The notes beneath the pieces were generated by a model. The model searched no databases. It saw only the letters and a list, made by a program, of their open reading frames with translations, and was not told the DNA's origin. Source: Chloroflexota bacterium (GTDB taxonomy: Bacteria > Chloroflexota > UBA11872 > VXNJ01). Taken from it: a stretch of 64,000 nucleotides of DNA. Shown here one piece after another: positions 55,040 through 64,000 of this stretch. The first letter of the stretch is position 1. Every line of letters starts with the position of its first letter. A program made the translations under genes and the position numbers. The stretch lies in the NCBI GenBank assembly GCA_965263025.1, contig OZ253578.1, positions 879,614 to 943,613 of the forward strand, in the 5' to 3' direction.

Positions 55040-55672
55040 TTGCGTATTCGAATTAGGTTCAGCAAGAGCGGGACCGCTCGCTATCTTTCGCACGCCGACA
55101 CGGTTCGCGCCTGGGAGAGGGCCTTCCGGCGCGCCCGGCTTCCGCTCGCTTACTCACAAGGGTTCTCGCCAGGTCCGCAGCTGAGGTTCGGCCCGCCGCT
55201 GCCCGTAGGTTACGAAGCCCGCGGAGAGCTACTGGATGCGGACCTTGAAGAAGCAGTTCCGCTGGAGTCCATAACGTCGGGTCTCGAAAAGTCCCTTCCC
55301 GCGGGGCTCGCCGCGATTGCCGCCGAGTTCGTACCCATAACCAAGACCAGTCTCATGTCCGCGGCGCGGGCCGCTGACTACAAAACGCTGATTAGGAATC
55401 CGCCCCCGGACCTTGCCGACCGGATCGCCCGTTTCTTGGACCGCGACAGCGTCCAGATCCAGATAGCTCGCGGCAAGAAAGTCCGGGAGATCGACGCGAG
55501 GCGCGCCGTCATACATCTGGAAGCGGCTGCCCGAGACACTCTCGACATGCGGCTAATGCTGGGCCACGGCGCCGCTTGCCGCCCCGAAGACATCGCAGCC
55601 GTACTCGACCTGGAAGTCGAGCGGACTCAACGCCTGAGCGTCGTATACGAATTCCCCAGCATCTCGAAGTAA
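55040..55672 (+). CDS. DUF2344 (radical-SAM-linked) family protein
   Basis: IRIRFSKSGTARYLSHADTVRAWERAFRRARLPLAYSQGFSPGP is the family signature N-terminus. TTG start. Confidence 0.75.
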   Translation: MRIRIRFSKSGTARYLSHADTVRAWERAFRRARLPLAYSQGFSPGPQLRFGPPLPVGYEARGELLDADLEEAVPLESITSGLEKSLPAGLAAIAAEFVPITKTSLMSAARAADYKTLIRNPPPDLADRIARFLDRDSVQIQIARGKKVREIDARRAVIHLEAAARDTLDMRLMLGHGAACRPEDIAAVLDLEVERTQRLSVVYEFPSISK

Positions 55673-55676
55673 GTTC

Positions 55677-56711
55677 GTGTACGACCAGGATCGGGTTCCC
55701 GACCTTGTTTGTAGCTTGTTGCCGGGAGCCGTCGCGACCGACGTGCGGCCTGTCGCGTCAGGCGCCAGCCGGCCGCCTGGCGTCTACAAGGCGACGCTAG
55801 GCGGCGGAGAGGCGATAGCGGTGAAACTTGCCCCCGGCCCTTCACCTGGGAGCGTTGCGCGAAACACGATCGCCGCCGAGGCCGCGGTCCTTCGCAGACT
55901 TGGCTCCTTTGGATGCAACGTCCCGCGCGTCGTGGGCTTCGACGCAACCCGGGGAGCGCTCGCCACTGAATGGCTTGAGGGGCCCACGCTGGAGCGCAAA
56001 CTCGCCGTCGACGGCCCCGACTCAGTAGACGTCGAAGAAGTGATGCGCGAGTTTCTCGCGATCGAGGTCTGCATCGATTCGGCGCGGAAAGGGTTGGGGG
56101 AGGCCAGAAGCGAGTCGGCGCGGAATGCGCTCGTTGGCGAAACCGAATCAGTGTTCGAATCGGTAAGATCGGCAGCTCGCGCCGTGGCCGCGGCCTCGGG
56201 GCGCGCGCCTTCCACGGCGCAAGACGCAGCGGTGGAACTCCAGCGCCAGGTGTGCGCGGGCGTCTGGACGATCGGGTCGCGCGACTACAACGCCTCGAAC
56301 ATCATGTTCTGTCCGCGCGGGCCTTTTTTCGTCGATTTTTCAGCAATCGGGGGCGACTGGCCGGAGCGGCGCATGGTGGGATATCTGATCGCCACAGGCG
56401 CCGGCCGCGAGGCGGGAAACTTCGTTACCGCGCTTGACCAGCGCGCGGGGCGGATCTACGAGCGGCTCGGCGCAGACGTCTGGGAGGGACACGCTGCGGG
56501 AGCGTTACTCGACGCGCACTTTCTGGCCGCCGCGCTCTATTCGATTGAACGTCTGCAACGCGCGCTGACAACGCCCGAGCGGCCAGCGTCCCGCATACTT
56601 CTGGAAGCCTGGCCCAATCCCGACGACCGGTTATCCCGCCTCCGCGACCTCGCGCAAACCCGGCTGTATCCCAATCCGACCGCCGACAGGCTGCGAAGCG
56701 CCCTCGGTTAA
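55677..56711 (+). CDS. phosphotransferase/kinase-like protein (APH/ChoK fold)
   Basis: VYKATLGGGEAIAVKL (Lys strand), SRDYNASNIMF (D....N catalytic loop) and FFVDFS (DFG-like). Confidence 0.55.
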   Translation: MYDQDRVPDLVCSLLPGAVATDVRPVASGASRPPGVYKATLGGGEAIAVKLAPGPSPGSVARNTIAAEAAVLRRLGSFGCNVPRVVGFDATRGALATEWLEGPTLERKLAVDGPDSVDVEEVMREFLAIEVCIDSARKGLGEARSESARNALVGETESVFESVRSAARAVAAASGRAPSTAQDAAVELQRQVCAGVWTIGSRDYNASNIMFCPRGPFFVDFSAIGGDWPERRMVGYLIATGAGREAGNFVTALDQRAGRIYERLGADVWEGHAAGALLDAHFLAAALYSIERLQRALTTPERPASRILLEAWPNPDDRLSRLRDLAQTRLYPNPTADRLRSALG

Positions 56712-56753
56712 ACTTTCGGCAGGCGCTGGCAAGTCAATTTACGGAGACCTCAA

Positions 56754-57008
56754 TTGGCCGAAGAACCATTCAGGCCCCGACCTCGCGACTATGTAATCAG
56801 TTCCGTTCCCTGGATCGCGCGAATGTCCGACAAGGCGCAGGCCCAGTTTGACGGATCAATCGGCGACTACATATATCCGTGACCAATTGACCTTCGGGTG
56901 CTCGGTGAGCTAACCCTAACGGCAGAAGAGTTTACGGATCTCGTGGTCAATGCCGAGTCGGAGCACGAACTGGCGGCCAGGATCGCCGCAATAAAGCTGG
57001 GCGGATAG
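56754..57008 (+). pseudogene. DUF5069-like ORF with an in-frame TGA (56880..56882) at the conserved Cys position; either a pseudogene or a selenoprotein candidate
   Basis: TTG start. Translation is AEEPFRPRPRDYVISSVPWIARMSDKAQAQFDGSIGDYIYP-TGA-PIDLRVLGELTLTAEEFTDLVVNAESEHELAARIAAIKLGG. The family motif as I recall it is Y-x-[FY]-x-C-P-[LI]-D. Confidence 0.55.
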
Positions 57009-57187
57009 ACTCCGCCGCTTCAGAACACAGGCCGTCAGGACTCCAGAAGCAGACGTTCCGACGACCGCCCCCACTTCGGTCGCCTGACTGGCAAGCCGAC
57101 CTCGCCTGGAGCCTTTGCGCCCGGCACGGCCCCAATTCCGCAGAGCCTGGCAACCCGACAGGGATGCTCCGTTGCTACAATTCCAAC

Positions 57188-57260
57188 GGCCCGCTAGCTC
57201 AATTGGCAGAGCAACGGATTCTTAATCCGTGAGTTCTGGGTTCGATTCCCAGGCGGGTCA
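57188..57260 (+). tRNA. tRNA-Lys (anticodon CTT)
   Basis: Manual cloverleaf: acceptor GGCCCGC/GCGGGTC, D arm GCTC-AATTGGCA-GAGC, anticodon arm ACGGA-TTCTTAA-TCCGT, variable loop GAGTT, T arm CTGGG-TTCGATT-CCCAG, discriminator A. Confidence 0.95.
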
Positions 57261-57717
57261 CCCTATTTCACAGAGTCGGCTGTCGTAACTTTAAACGTCG
57301 GTAAAACGGCCCCAGGACGACATTTGCCAACATTCCGCAAACCTACGGACTCACCTGCGACGTAACGCGCCGTCGTGCCTTCGCAAGGGTCGGCCCGGAA
57401 CGGGATGGTGATCAGCTAACGCGCCGGGGTTGCGGCAATGGCCCGGCCTTGACGCGACGCTCGTGGGCGAGCCAGATCCCCTACATGGCGTCCGCACGGC
57501 TCCTCGATGTCCTTGAGGCGTTGGGTCTAACGGGCTTTGCCATCAGCCATTAGGTCCGAGGCAGGCATCGGCAGCGAGGGATGCAGCAAGCCGCCAACCC
57601 CGGTCGCGGATTCGACCGCGCGGTCCAAGCGCCGGATGTTACCTGACGCCGACCGTCGACGGGAGACCGCTCGACGCGGCCAGCGCCCTCGGCCGGCAGA
57701 CCCTGGGTAGCGAGTCC

Positions 57718-59841
57718 CTAGGCCAGTTCCAGAGTCACGCACTCAGCCACGGGGACTTCCGACACAAGGATGTTCGCCCGTCCCTCCGCTTGTGTGAACT
57801 CTACTTTCTGTCCGGAAGCGGTGACTACACGGGAAACCCGCTTCCCCTGGGTTGCGATGCTGAGCTCCAGGTTCGATACAGGCACCACGTAGCGGATGCT
57901 CCCGCCTTGAAGAGCTCCGCGGGCCAGCGGATGGGTGGTCTTGTTCACGAGCACGAGCACCAGACGGCTGCCATCGTCGCTCTCGTTTAGAGATAGCTGG
58001 ACGGTTGGCGGAACGTGGCAGGTCTCGACGGGAACGTCACCACCAGCCCACGCGACCACGTTGCGATATAAGCGGTCGATGTCGTAGCACTCGACGCGGT
58101 TACGCTCAGGCTCCAGCGGCGCGGCCACGTAGGCGACGCGCCCCTGCATCTCACGCAGCGTCACTAGAGGGGTGCGCGGTTCTCCGGGGAAAAGCCCGCG
58201 CCGATTGTACGGTTGCATGTTCACGAGCTTCTGGTCGGAGTCAAGGATGGTGGCGGCGATCATGGTTCGGTCAAGGGCGTCGATACTCACAAAGGGCGCC
58301 CGAAAATGCAGGAGCCGTTCCTCGATTCCCTCGGCGATAGGAGTGTCATCATTCGGACGGAAGTACCAGAAATAGCCGCGCCCGGGAGCCAGGTCCACGC
58401 TCGGAATGTAGACCTGCGAGTCCATCGACGGATACGAGGTATCCATATCCCACGCCACGATCTTGCTCCGGCGAATTCCCGCCAGCGCGGCGAACCAGTC
58501 GTTCGCTCGCATTTGACCTCTATCGTCAAACATGCCCGCCCGATAAGTCGCCACCAGGCCCCCACCGTTCTGAACGAATGCCGTTACCGCTTCCGCCGTC
58601 GCATCACTCACGTATGCCGTGTTCGGCATCACCAGGACCTTGTAGCCCTCCAGTCCACCGCTCTGAACAGACTTCTCAGTTATGAATTCCAGCGGGATCT
58701 GCTGCTCTGCCAGAACCTCGAAGGTTCCCTCGAACGAAGGCACGAAGTCGTCAGGGGCAAATTCTTCCGAAGCGCGCGAATGCAGTACGGCCGCGTACTT
58801 GACGTGGTGCGAATCCTTCAGCGCGTCCGTCGTCCATCGAACCTGCCGCATGGCCTCCTTCATGTCCTCGTACCGGTTCTTGTTGTCGTCTGTGGCGTTC
58901 AGGTCCAACAGCGTCGCCGAGCAGCCGGACGCCACCGTATCCATGAGAGCCATGTGTGTACTCTCCACGGAACGGAAGGTCGCGTGGTGATGATAGGAGT
59001 AGGAGTAATTGCCCCAAACCGGCTTCTGCCCATAGGCCCTCATGAGTCGGTGCGCAATCGCCACCTCGTTGACATCGGTTGTGATGTGACGCTCTCCGAA
59101 GAGGCCGTCGACGAATTCGCCGCACTCTTCCGCCATGCCGCCGAACAGCCAGTTTTGAATGTAAAACGCTTCAGGCCGAATGTTGTCGAACGCGCGCTGG
59201 ATGCGCCGGCAGAAATGCCGGGCGTTGCGGATCTGGAAATCCCGTAAAACCCGCTGCGCCTCCGGGTCCTCGACGATCGGCTGATCGTAGTAGCTGCCCC
59301 GATGGGGGAAGCGCGGCATCTCCCGGTCGTAGGTGCGACGAAACTCCTCTCGACAGTAGATGCAATAGCAGGTCGATTGCACGCCTCGGCCCGCTGTGAG
59401 CTGGTCGTAGAGCATCCCGTCCACCGGGTATCTGGTCAGCGCCTCTCGGGTCAGGGCTTCGGCGAAGTCTCCAAAGGGAGAGCTGTAGCAAAGAACCTGG
59501 TCTCCCTTGTCTTCCCAATCCTTGACGATCCAGTCCGGGTGCTCGAGCAGCTGGACGGTGTTCGGGCCGCTGGTGGTCATCCAGTAGGGAATAACTTTCA
59601 AGCCCGCCGCGTGACCATCCTCGCAGAGCTGGCCTAGCACGTCGTCTTCCATGTCGGGCACGGGCGGTGCGATATCGCTCCGAAACGCCATATAACCGCC
59701 AATATGGATCCCGAAAATGACGAATTCGGCGCCAAATTCCCGGGCGCGCTCGATGACGGACTCGCGCACCCACTGACGGGTCATGGGCCGTCCGTGCCGG
59801 GGCCACGTCCAAAAACCGGTAGCCCGCTCGTACCATTCCAT
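57718..59841 (-). CDS. putative glycoside hydrolase (GHL6/GH42-like TIM barrel plus a GH42M/GATase1-like domain)
   Basis: 707 aa, adjacent to the sugar ABC operon. VLVMPNTAYVSDATAEAVTAFVQNGGGLVATY resembles the beta-galactosidase trimerisation-type domain. The assignment is tentative. Confidence 0.5.
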   Translation of the reverse strand: MEWYERATGFWTWPRHGRPMTRQWVRESVIERAREFGAEFVIFGIHIGGYMAFRSDIAPPVPDMEDDVLGQLCEDGHAAGLKVIPYWMTTSGPNTVQLLEHPDWIVKDWEDKGDQVLCYSSPFGDFAEALTREALTRYPVDGMLYDQLTAGRGVQSTCYCIYCREEFRRTYDREMPRFPHRGSYYDQPIVEDPEAQRVLRDFQIRNARHFCRRIQRAFDNIRPEAFYIQNWLFGGMAEECGEFVDGLFGERHITTDVNEVAIAHRLMRAYGQKPVWGNYSYSYHHHATFRSVESTHMALMDTVASGCSATLLDLNATDDNKNRYEDMKEAMRQVRWTTDALKDSHHVKYAAVLHSRASEEFAPDDFVPSFEGTFEVLAEQQIPLEFITEKSVQSGGLEGYKVLVMPNTAYVSDATAEAVTAFVQNGGGLVATYRAGMFDDRGQMRANDWFAALAGIRRSKIVAWDMDTSYPSMDSQVYIPSVDLAPGRGYFWYFRPNDDTPIAEGIEERLLHFRAPFVSIDALDRTMIAATILDSDQKLVNMQPYNRRGLFPGEPRTPLVTLREMQGRVAYVAAPLEPERNRVECYDIDRLYRNVVAWAGGDVPVETCHVPPTVQLSLNESDDGSRLVLVLVNKTTHPLARGALQGGSIRYVVPVSNLELSIATQGKRVSRVVTASGQKVEFTQAEGRANILVSEVPVAECVTLELA

Positions 59842-59995
59842 GCCGCGATGTCCTTTCCTTACCGGGAAGAAGTTCCCCAGAGCTGGTTAGCGCTGTTCTC
59901 GAAGCGGGACTCCGGAGCCCATCCCCAACGCCGTCTTGGCTATCCGTCCGCGAGGCCGCAGATCCCGGCGATCTTGCCTTCCCGCCGGCCTCCAG

Positions 59996-60907
59996 TCATC
60001 CCTTCAGCCCGGTCAGCACGATCCCTCTGACGAAATATCGCTGCGTGAGCATAAAGACGACGATGGGCGGGATAACCGCGACAACCGAGGCCGACATCAG
60101 CGAAACGATGTCCATGGTGTATTGCCCCCTGAAAAAGGCAAGTCCTACCTGGACTGTGTAGTTATCGTTCGACTGTAGGTAGATAACGGGACCCAGCAGG
60201 TCATTCCACGATCCCAGAAATACCAGAATGGCAACCGTGGCCAGCACCGGTTTGGCCAGGGGCATAAATATCTTCCAGAAGATCATGGGCGGATTGGCGC
60301 CGTCGATCTTCGCGGCGTCCACCAGCTCCGAGGGAAGCGTCTTGAAGTACTGGCGCATGAGGAAGATCGCGAAGGCGGTGCCAGTCCAGTGCGGGACCCA
60401 GAGGGGATACCAGGAGTCGTACCATCCAAACGACTTGAACAGAATGAACTGCGGAATCAGGGTTACTTGAGGGGGCACCATCAGCGTCGCCAGCATCACG
60501 ATGAACAGAATGTCACGCCCCGGAAAGCGCATTCGCGCAAAGACATACCCCGCTATCGAAGATGACAAGACGGTTCCAGCCATAGACAGGACGGCGATTA
60601 TGGTGCTGTTAAGAAAATAGCGACCGAAGGAACTCTGCGAGAGGGCGTTAGGGAAGTTGTGGAGTTGCAGCGGCCACTCGGGAAACATTCGCGGCGGCCA
60701 GTCGAACAGCCCATACCCGCCCTTCTCCTGGAGCGCCAGGTTCAACATGTAGTAGAACGGAACACTGGACACAAAAGCCGCGATCAAAAGTCCGAGCGTG
60801 GCCGCAATTCGTTTGATCCTCGCGGCCGCCGTCGGCTCGGTGGCGATTGTGCTGACCGGCTGAGGCTGAATCTGCCTGGGCGCCGGCTGGTATCCCGTCG
60901 AAGCCAT
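59996..60907 (-). CDS. carbohydrate ABC transporter permease (MalG-like)
   Basis: VDAAKIDGANPPMIFWKIFMPLAKP EAA loop and a C-terminal QRYFVRGIVLTGLKG. Confidence 0.85.
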   Translation of the reverse strand: MASTGYQPAPRQIQPQPVSTIATEPTAAARIKRIAATLGLLIAAFVSSVPFYYMLNLALQEKGGYGLFDWPPRMFPEWPLQLHNFPNALSQSSFGRYFLNSTIIAVLSMAGTVLSSSIAGYVFARMRFPGRDILFIVMLATLMVPPQVTLIPQFILFKSFGWYDSWYPLWVPHWTGTAFAIFLMRQYFKTLPSELVDAAKIDGANPPMIFWKIFMPLAKPVLATVAILVFLGSWNDLLGPVIYLQSNDNYTVQVGLAFFRGQYTMDIVSLMSASVVAVIPPIVVFMLTQRYFVRGIVLTGLKG

Positions 60908-60919
60908 CCAGTCGTTCGC

Positions 60920-61849
60920 CTACTCGTAAAAGACCCAGTAGCGCTGCATGCGCCACTGGATCATCGTGACGATGAACACGATTACGAACATCAAGTATGC
61001 CAATGCGGAGGCATAACCCATATAGAAGTAAGCAAAACCCTCCTGGTATATGAGGAGGGCTAACGTCAGAGTGGCATTGCCCGGCCCTCCACCCGTGATA
61101 ACGAAGGTCGATACGAATACCTGGAATGAGCCGATGACTCCGAGGATCATTAGAAAAAGCGCCATCGGAGTAAGCATCGGAATGGTGACGTGTCTGAACT
61201 TCCCCCACCAGCCTGCCCCATCGATGGACGCCGCCTCATACAGGTGAACGGGAATGCCCTGAAGAGCCGAAAGCCAGAACATCATCAAGACGCCCAGGCC
61301 GCCCCAAACACCCATCATGATGATCGAGCCGAGGGCGCGCTCATATCCCCACCAGTCAACAGGCCGAAAGCCCACCAATCCGAGAAGGTAGTTTGCGATG
61401 CCTAACTTGCTTAGAACGATCTGCCACATGATGGCCGTGGCGACGCCGCTGGTTACGACCGGAATGAAGAACGCCGCCCTGTACCACACGATCCCCCTGA
61501 TCTTCTGATTCAATGCGATGGCGATGAACAGTGCGAAGGTCATTGTGATCGGGACGTAGGCCGCCACGTAGTAGGCCGTGTTGCGGAAAGCAGCCTGGAC
61601 GTCCCTGTCCCCAAACGCGCGAGTGTAGTTCTCGAATCCAGCCGGAATTGGGGGACGCAAGAGGTCGTAATGAGTGAAACTGAGGACGAGCGCCGCAATT
61701 ACGGGGCCGGCCGTAAACAGCAGCAAATTGACCAGATAGGGGATGAGCAGAACATACGCCCAGATCCCCTCATTGACGTTGGACTTCGAGAGGATTCGAG
61801 TCAGCCTTTTATAGGCTCTCGGGCGCTCAGTCCTTGCAGCTAATACCAT
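60920..61849 (-). CDS. carbohydrate ABC transporter permease (MalF-like)
   Basis: EAASIDGAGWWGKFRHVTIPMLTP EAA loop. Confidence 0.85.
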   Translation of the reverse strand: MVLAARTERPRAYKRLTRILSKSNVNEGIWAYVLLIPYLVNLLLFTAGPVIAALVLSFTHYDLLRPPIPAGFENYTRAFGDRDVQAAFRNTAYYVAAYVPITMTFALFIAIALNQKIRGIVWYRAAFFIPVVTSGVATAIMWQIVLSKLGIANYLLGLVGFRPVDWWGYERALGSIIMMGVWGGLGVLMMFWLSALQGIPVHLYEAASIDGAGWWGKFRHVTIPMLTPMALFLMILGVIGSFQVFVSTFVITGGGPGNATLTLALLIYQEGFAYFYMGYASALAYLMFVIVFIVTMIQWRMQRYWVFYE

Positions 61850-61972
61850 TTCCCCACGATTTGGCCTTCAAATGGAATTGCAAAAGGCGGTCTTGCCTGC
61901 CAGCAAGCACGCTGCCGGTCCGGCGGGGCCCTTTGTTCTCCTCGGCCCCGCCGAACGGGACCGAGTCGATAC

Positions 61973-63550
61973 CTAATACAGAGGGTTAAGTTTGAAGAAT
62001 CGGTCTATAACGTCCTGGGTCTCCTCGTGGGCCAGCGCCATGGCGTCTTCGACGCTCAACCGGTTGTAGGAAGCCTCGTCATTGGCCTTGTTGAACGCTC
62101 CGTACCACTCGCCGAAGAACGGGTTTGGATGCATGGGACGACCGTAATCCTCTTCGATCACGTGGAAGTACGGGCTAATGTCGCGAGGATAGTGATCGCG
62201 TTTCTGAACTTCGGGAAGTTTCCAGGTCGTCTTGTCGGGGCATAGACCGTAGTTTGCCACCGTGTATATGCCAATACTCGACGGCACGTCGGTGACGGAG
62301 AAGACGGCAAAGACCCAGGCTTCCTCGGCCTTCTGGGTGCCCTTCGCGATCATCATCTGGTGGCCGGTTGCACACGCGCCAAGCTGTTTGCCCAACGGAT
62401 GCACCATCGCCTTGATCTCATACTTGGCCTGGTCAGGCGCAGGGTAAGGCGCCTCCTGGCCGAGGATATGGCCCTTCGCCATGGCCGCCCCGCTGACGAA
62501 CGTTATGTCGTACTCGCTTCCGAATCCCGTTATCTGGTCCCTGGTCGGAGCGATCTGGTACTTCCAGACGTGATCATGCACCCACTGCATGGCCTCGATC
62601 GTCGCCGGCAAGTCAAGCCCCGACGTCGTGGTGTCGGGACTGAGCATCTCCCCGCCGTTCTCGCTTATGGCGGGTATCCATTCGGAGTGAATGGCCTGCT
62701 TTAGATAAAGGCCCCACTGCTCGACATTCTCCACATCGAAGCCGGATTGACCGGGGTGCCGGTTCTGCTTGTCCCAGGTCATCTTCTGGAAGTTCTCGAT
62801 CCACTCGTCCCATGTCCATGGGCTGTCATCATCGGGCGCCTCGACGCCCACGCTCTCGAATAGCTCCGCGTTGTAGAGAACGGAAGTCGGGTTGACCATG
62901 CGGTTCACACCGTAGATCTTCCCAACCCGATTATCGACGCTGCCGGCGCGGTCAGCCAGATTCTCGAGCAAGTGACCATCGCGTTTATAGAAGTCGTCCA
63001 ACGGCATGATCGCTCCGCGGGCCGAGTATGCAGGCAGCAATACATCGTCCATCACTATCAGATCTGGAACAGCGTCTGCCGCCATCAACGTATTTATCTT
63101 CGTTAGGTACTCGCCCCAAGGCTTACCTTCCGGTACGACGGTGATGTGGGGATACTCTCCGCTAAACCTCGGGATCACGATATCTTCGATGTGCGTGACG
63201 GCGCCCGGAGCGTTGGCGATATAAAACCAATCGAAGCTGACCTGCGCGGGCTTGGTCGGAGCGGCCGTGACAATTTTCTCAACTATCGTTTCTTTTTCGA
63301 CGATCTGAGTGACGATCCTCTCGACCTCGACTTCGACCTCTTTCTCTACGACTCTATCTTTTTCGACTTCGACGATCTGGGTGACGATCTTCTGGACCGG
63401 CACCTCCTTGATGACCTCTTGAATCTTCGTTTCGGTGACGATCTGTGTCTCGCCGCAACCAGCCAAAGCCGCCGCCGATGCGGTGATCGCACTTCCAAGA
63501 GCTGCTGCCTTTAGAACTCGTCGCCTCGTCAAGGTCTTTGCGAAACCCAT
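61973..63550 (-). CDS. sugar ABC transporter substrate-binding lipoprotein with a Tat signal
   Basis: TRRRVLK, lipobox LAGC and an E/K/V/I-rich tether (KEVPVQKIVTQIVEVEKDRVVEKEVEVEVERIV...). The start was set to ATG 63550. Confidence 0.85.
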   Translation of the reverse strand: MGFAKTLTRRRVLKAAALGSAITASAAALAGCGETQIVTETKIQEVIKEVPVQKIVTQIVEVEKDRVVEKEVEVEVERIVTQIVEKETIVEKIVTAAPTKPAQVSFDWFYIANAPGAVTHIEDIVIPRFSGEYPHITVVPEGKPWGEYLTKINTLMAADAVPDLIVMDDVLLPAYSARGAIMPLDDFYKRDGHLLENLADRAGSVDNRVGKIYGVNRMVNPTSVLYNAELFESVGVEAPDDDSPWTWDEWIENFQKMTWDKQNRHPGQSGFDVENVEQWGLYLKQAIHSEWIPAISENGGEMLSPDTTTSGLDLPATIEAMQWVHDHVWKYQIAPTRDQITGFGSEYDITFVSGAAMAKGHILGQEAPYPAPDQAKYEIKAMVHPLGKQLGACATGHQMMIAKGTQKAEEAWVFAVFSVTDVPSSIGIYTVANYGLCPDKTTWKLPEVQKRDHYPRDISPYFHVIEEDYGRPMHPNPFFGEWYGAFNKANDEASYNRLSVEDAMALAHEETQDVIDRFFKLNPLY

Positions 63551-63719
63551 TACACGCCCCCAATCGCCGTACACATTAGAAAACCCAGCACCTCTGAAGA
63601 TGCATTCAGAACCAAGCCTGAGCGCAATCTACGCCTGCATCAATTAGAAGTCAATGCAGCTCGGTGGACCAGCACATGCGAGACAGTGGCATCGTTTCCG
63701 TCGACAGGTACTGGTTGGA

Positions 63720-64000
63720 TCACATGCCAATGCCGAGGAATTGGGTGGGGGGCTTGTAATAGAGGGGTTCGCGAGGGCGCACGCGGCTATAGAGCCACGC
63801 CCATTTCACCAGCCTTTTGCCGCCACCGGCAATCTGCAACGCGGCCGGGATGCGGCCCGCGTTTCCGTGCAAGTCCGCGAGATCTGTAAAGGCGGCCATC
63901 GCAGGCAGGCTTCGGAATCTGTGCCAAATAGTTATCATCAAAAAGCCAAATCGCGTTGCCTGGCTCGGTCGACTACGGCGTAACAACCACACGCCCGCCC
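63720..64000 (-). CDS. unassigned ORF, probably the C-terminal part of a gene that starts beyond the window
   Basis: The frame is open to the window edge and codon usage looks native. No motif recognised. Confidence 0.2.
   Translation of the reverse strand, partial: AGVWLLRRSRPSQATRFGFLMITIWHRFRSLPAMAAFTDLADLHGNAGRIPAALQIAGGGKRLVKWAWLYSRVRPREPLYYKPPTQFLGIGM

Noticed and set aside
57261-57717. An integrative element or prophage attached to tRNA-Lys (457 bp non-coding downstream).
   Set aside because: There is no integrase, no repeat of the tRNA 3' end and no compositional shift. The next gene belongs to the sugar-utilisation locus.

Overview
This is a 64-kb GC-rich (by eye) bacterial chromosomal segment with no rRNA, no CRISPR array and one canonical tRNA (Lys-CUU). 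The backbone is heterotroph metabolism and transport. It holds two CUT1-type sugar ABC loci (2.1-5.5 kb and 60.0-63.6 kb) whose Tat/lipobox binding proteins carry E/K/V-rich tethers. It also holds an aapJQMP-like amino-acid ABC operon (37.0-41.4 kb) plus an orphan aapJ paralog. Other backbone genes are two PhyH dioxygenases, amidohydrolases, a hydantoinase A/B pair, two aldo-keto reductases, PLP enzymes, pcm, pyrE, tatA and a D,D-carboxypeptidase. Gene content and protein style suggest a Chloroflexota-like (SAR202-type) organism, but that is inference only. Visibly AT-richer accessory patches interrupt the backbone. (i) 0.2-1.9 kb: a degenerate tRNA-like element, tiny ORFs and an IS1595 transposase. 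(ii) 12.5-13.6 kb: an orphan HsdR-N-like PD-(D/E)xK protein. (iii) 26.2-29.8 kb: a single 1112-aa STAND-like P-loop NTPase with an Mrr-like N-terminal segment. (iv) 41.4-44.6 kb: a rearranged zone with a duplicated MNT cassette, an amber-interrupted HEPN gene and ABC-ATPase remnants. (v) 44.6-51.7 kb: a composite defence-type island. The island contains an XRE-ImmA/IrrE fusion plus PIN, transcribed divergently from a small beta-grasp-like ORF that is translationally coupled to a Schlafen/AlbA_2 protein. It also contains an MmeI-family type IIL RM enzyme and a DUF5678-like/retropepsin pair. The best candidates for an undescribed system are the XRE-M78-regulated small-ORF + AlbA_2 operon and the solitary STAND NTPase. 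Several reading frames are broken at conserved positions (one TGA at a conserved Cys with a downstream hairpin, one TAG at a conserved Tyr, two frameshifts, one missing start). This means either gene decay, recoding or consensus errors. All functional calls come from reading the translations by eye; no searches were run.
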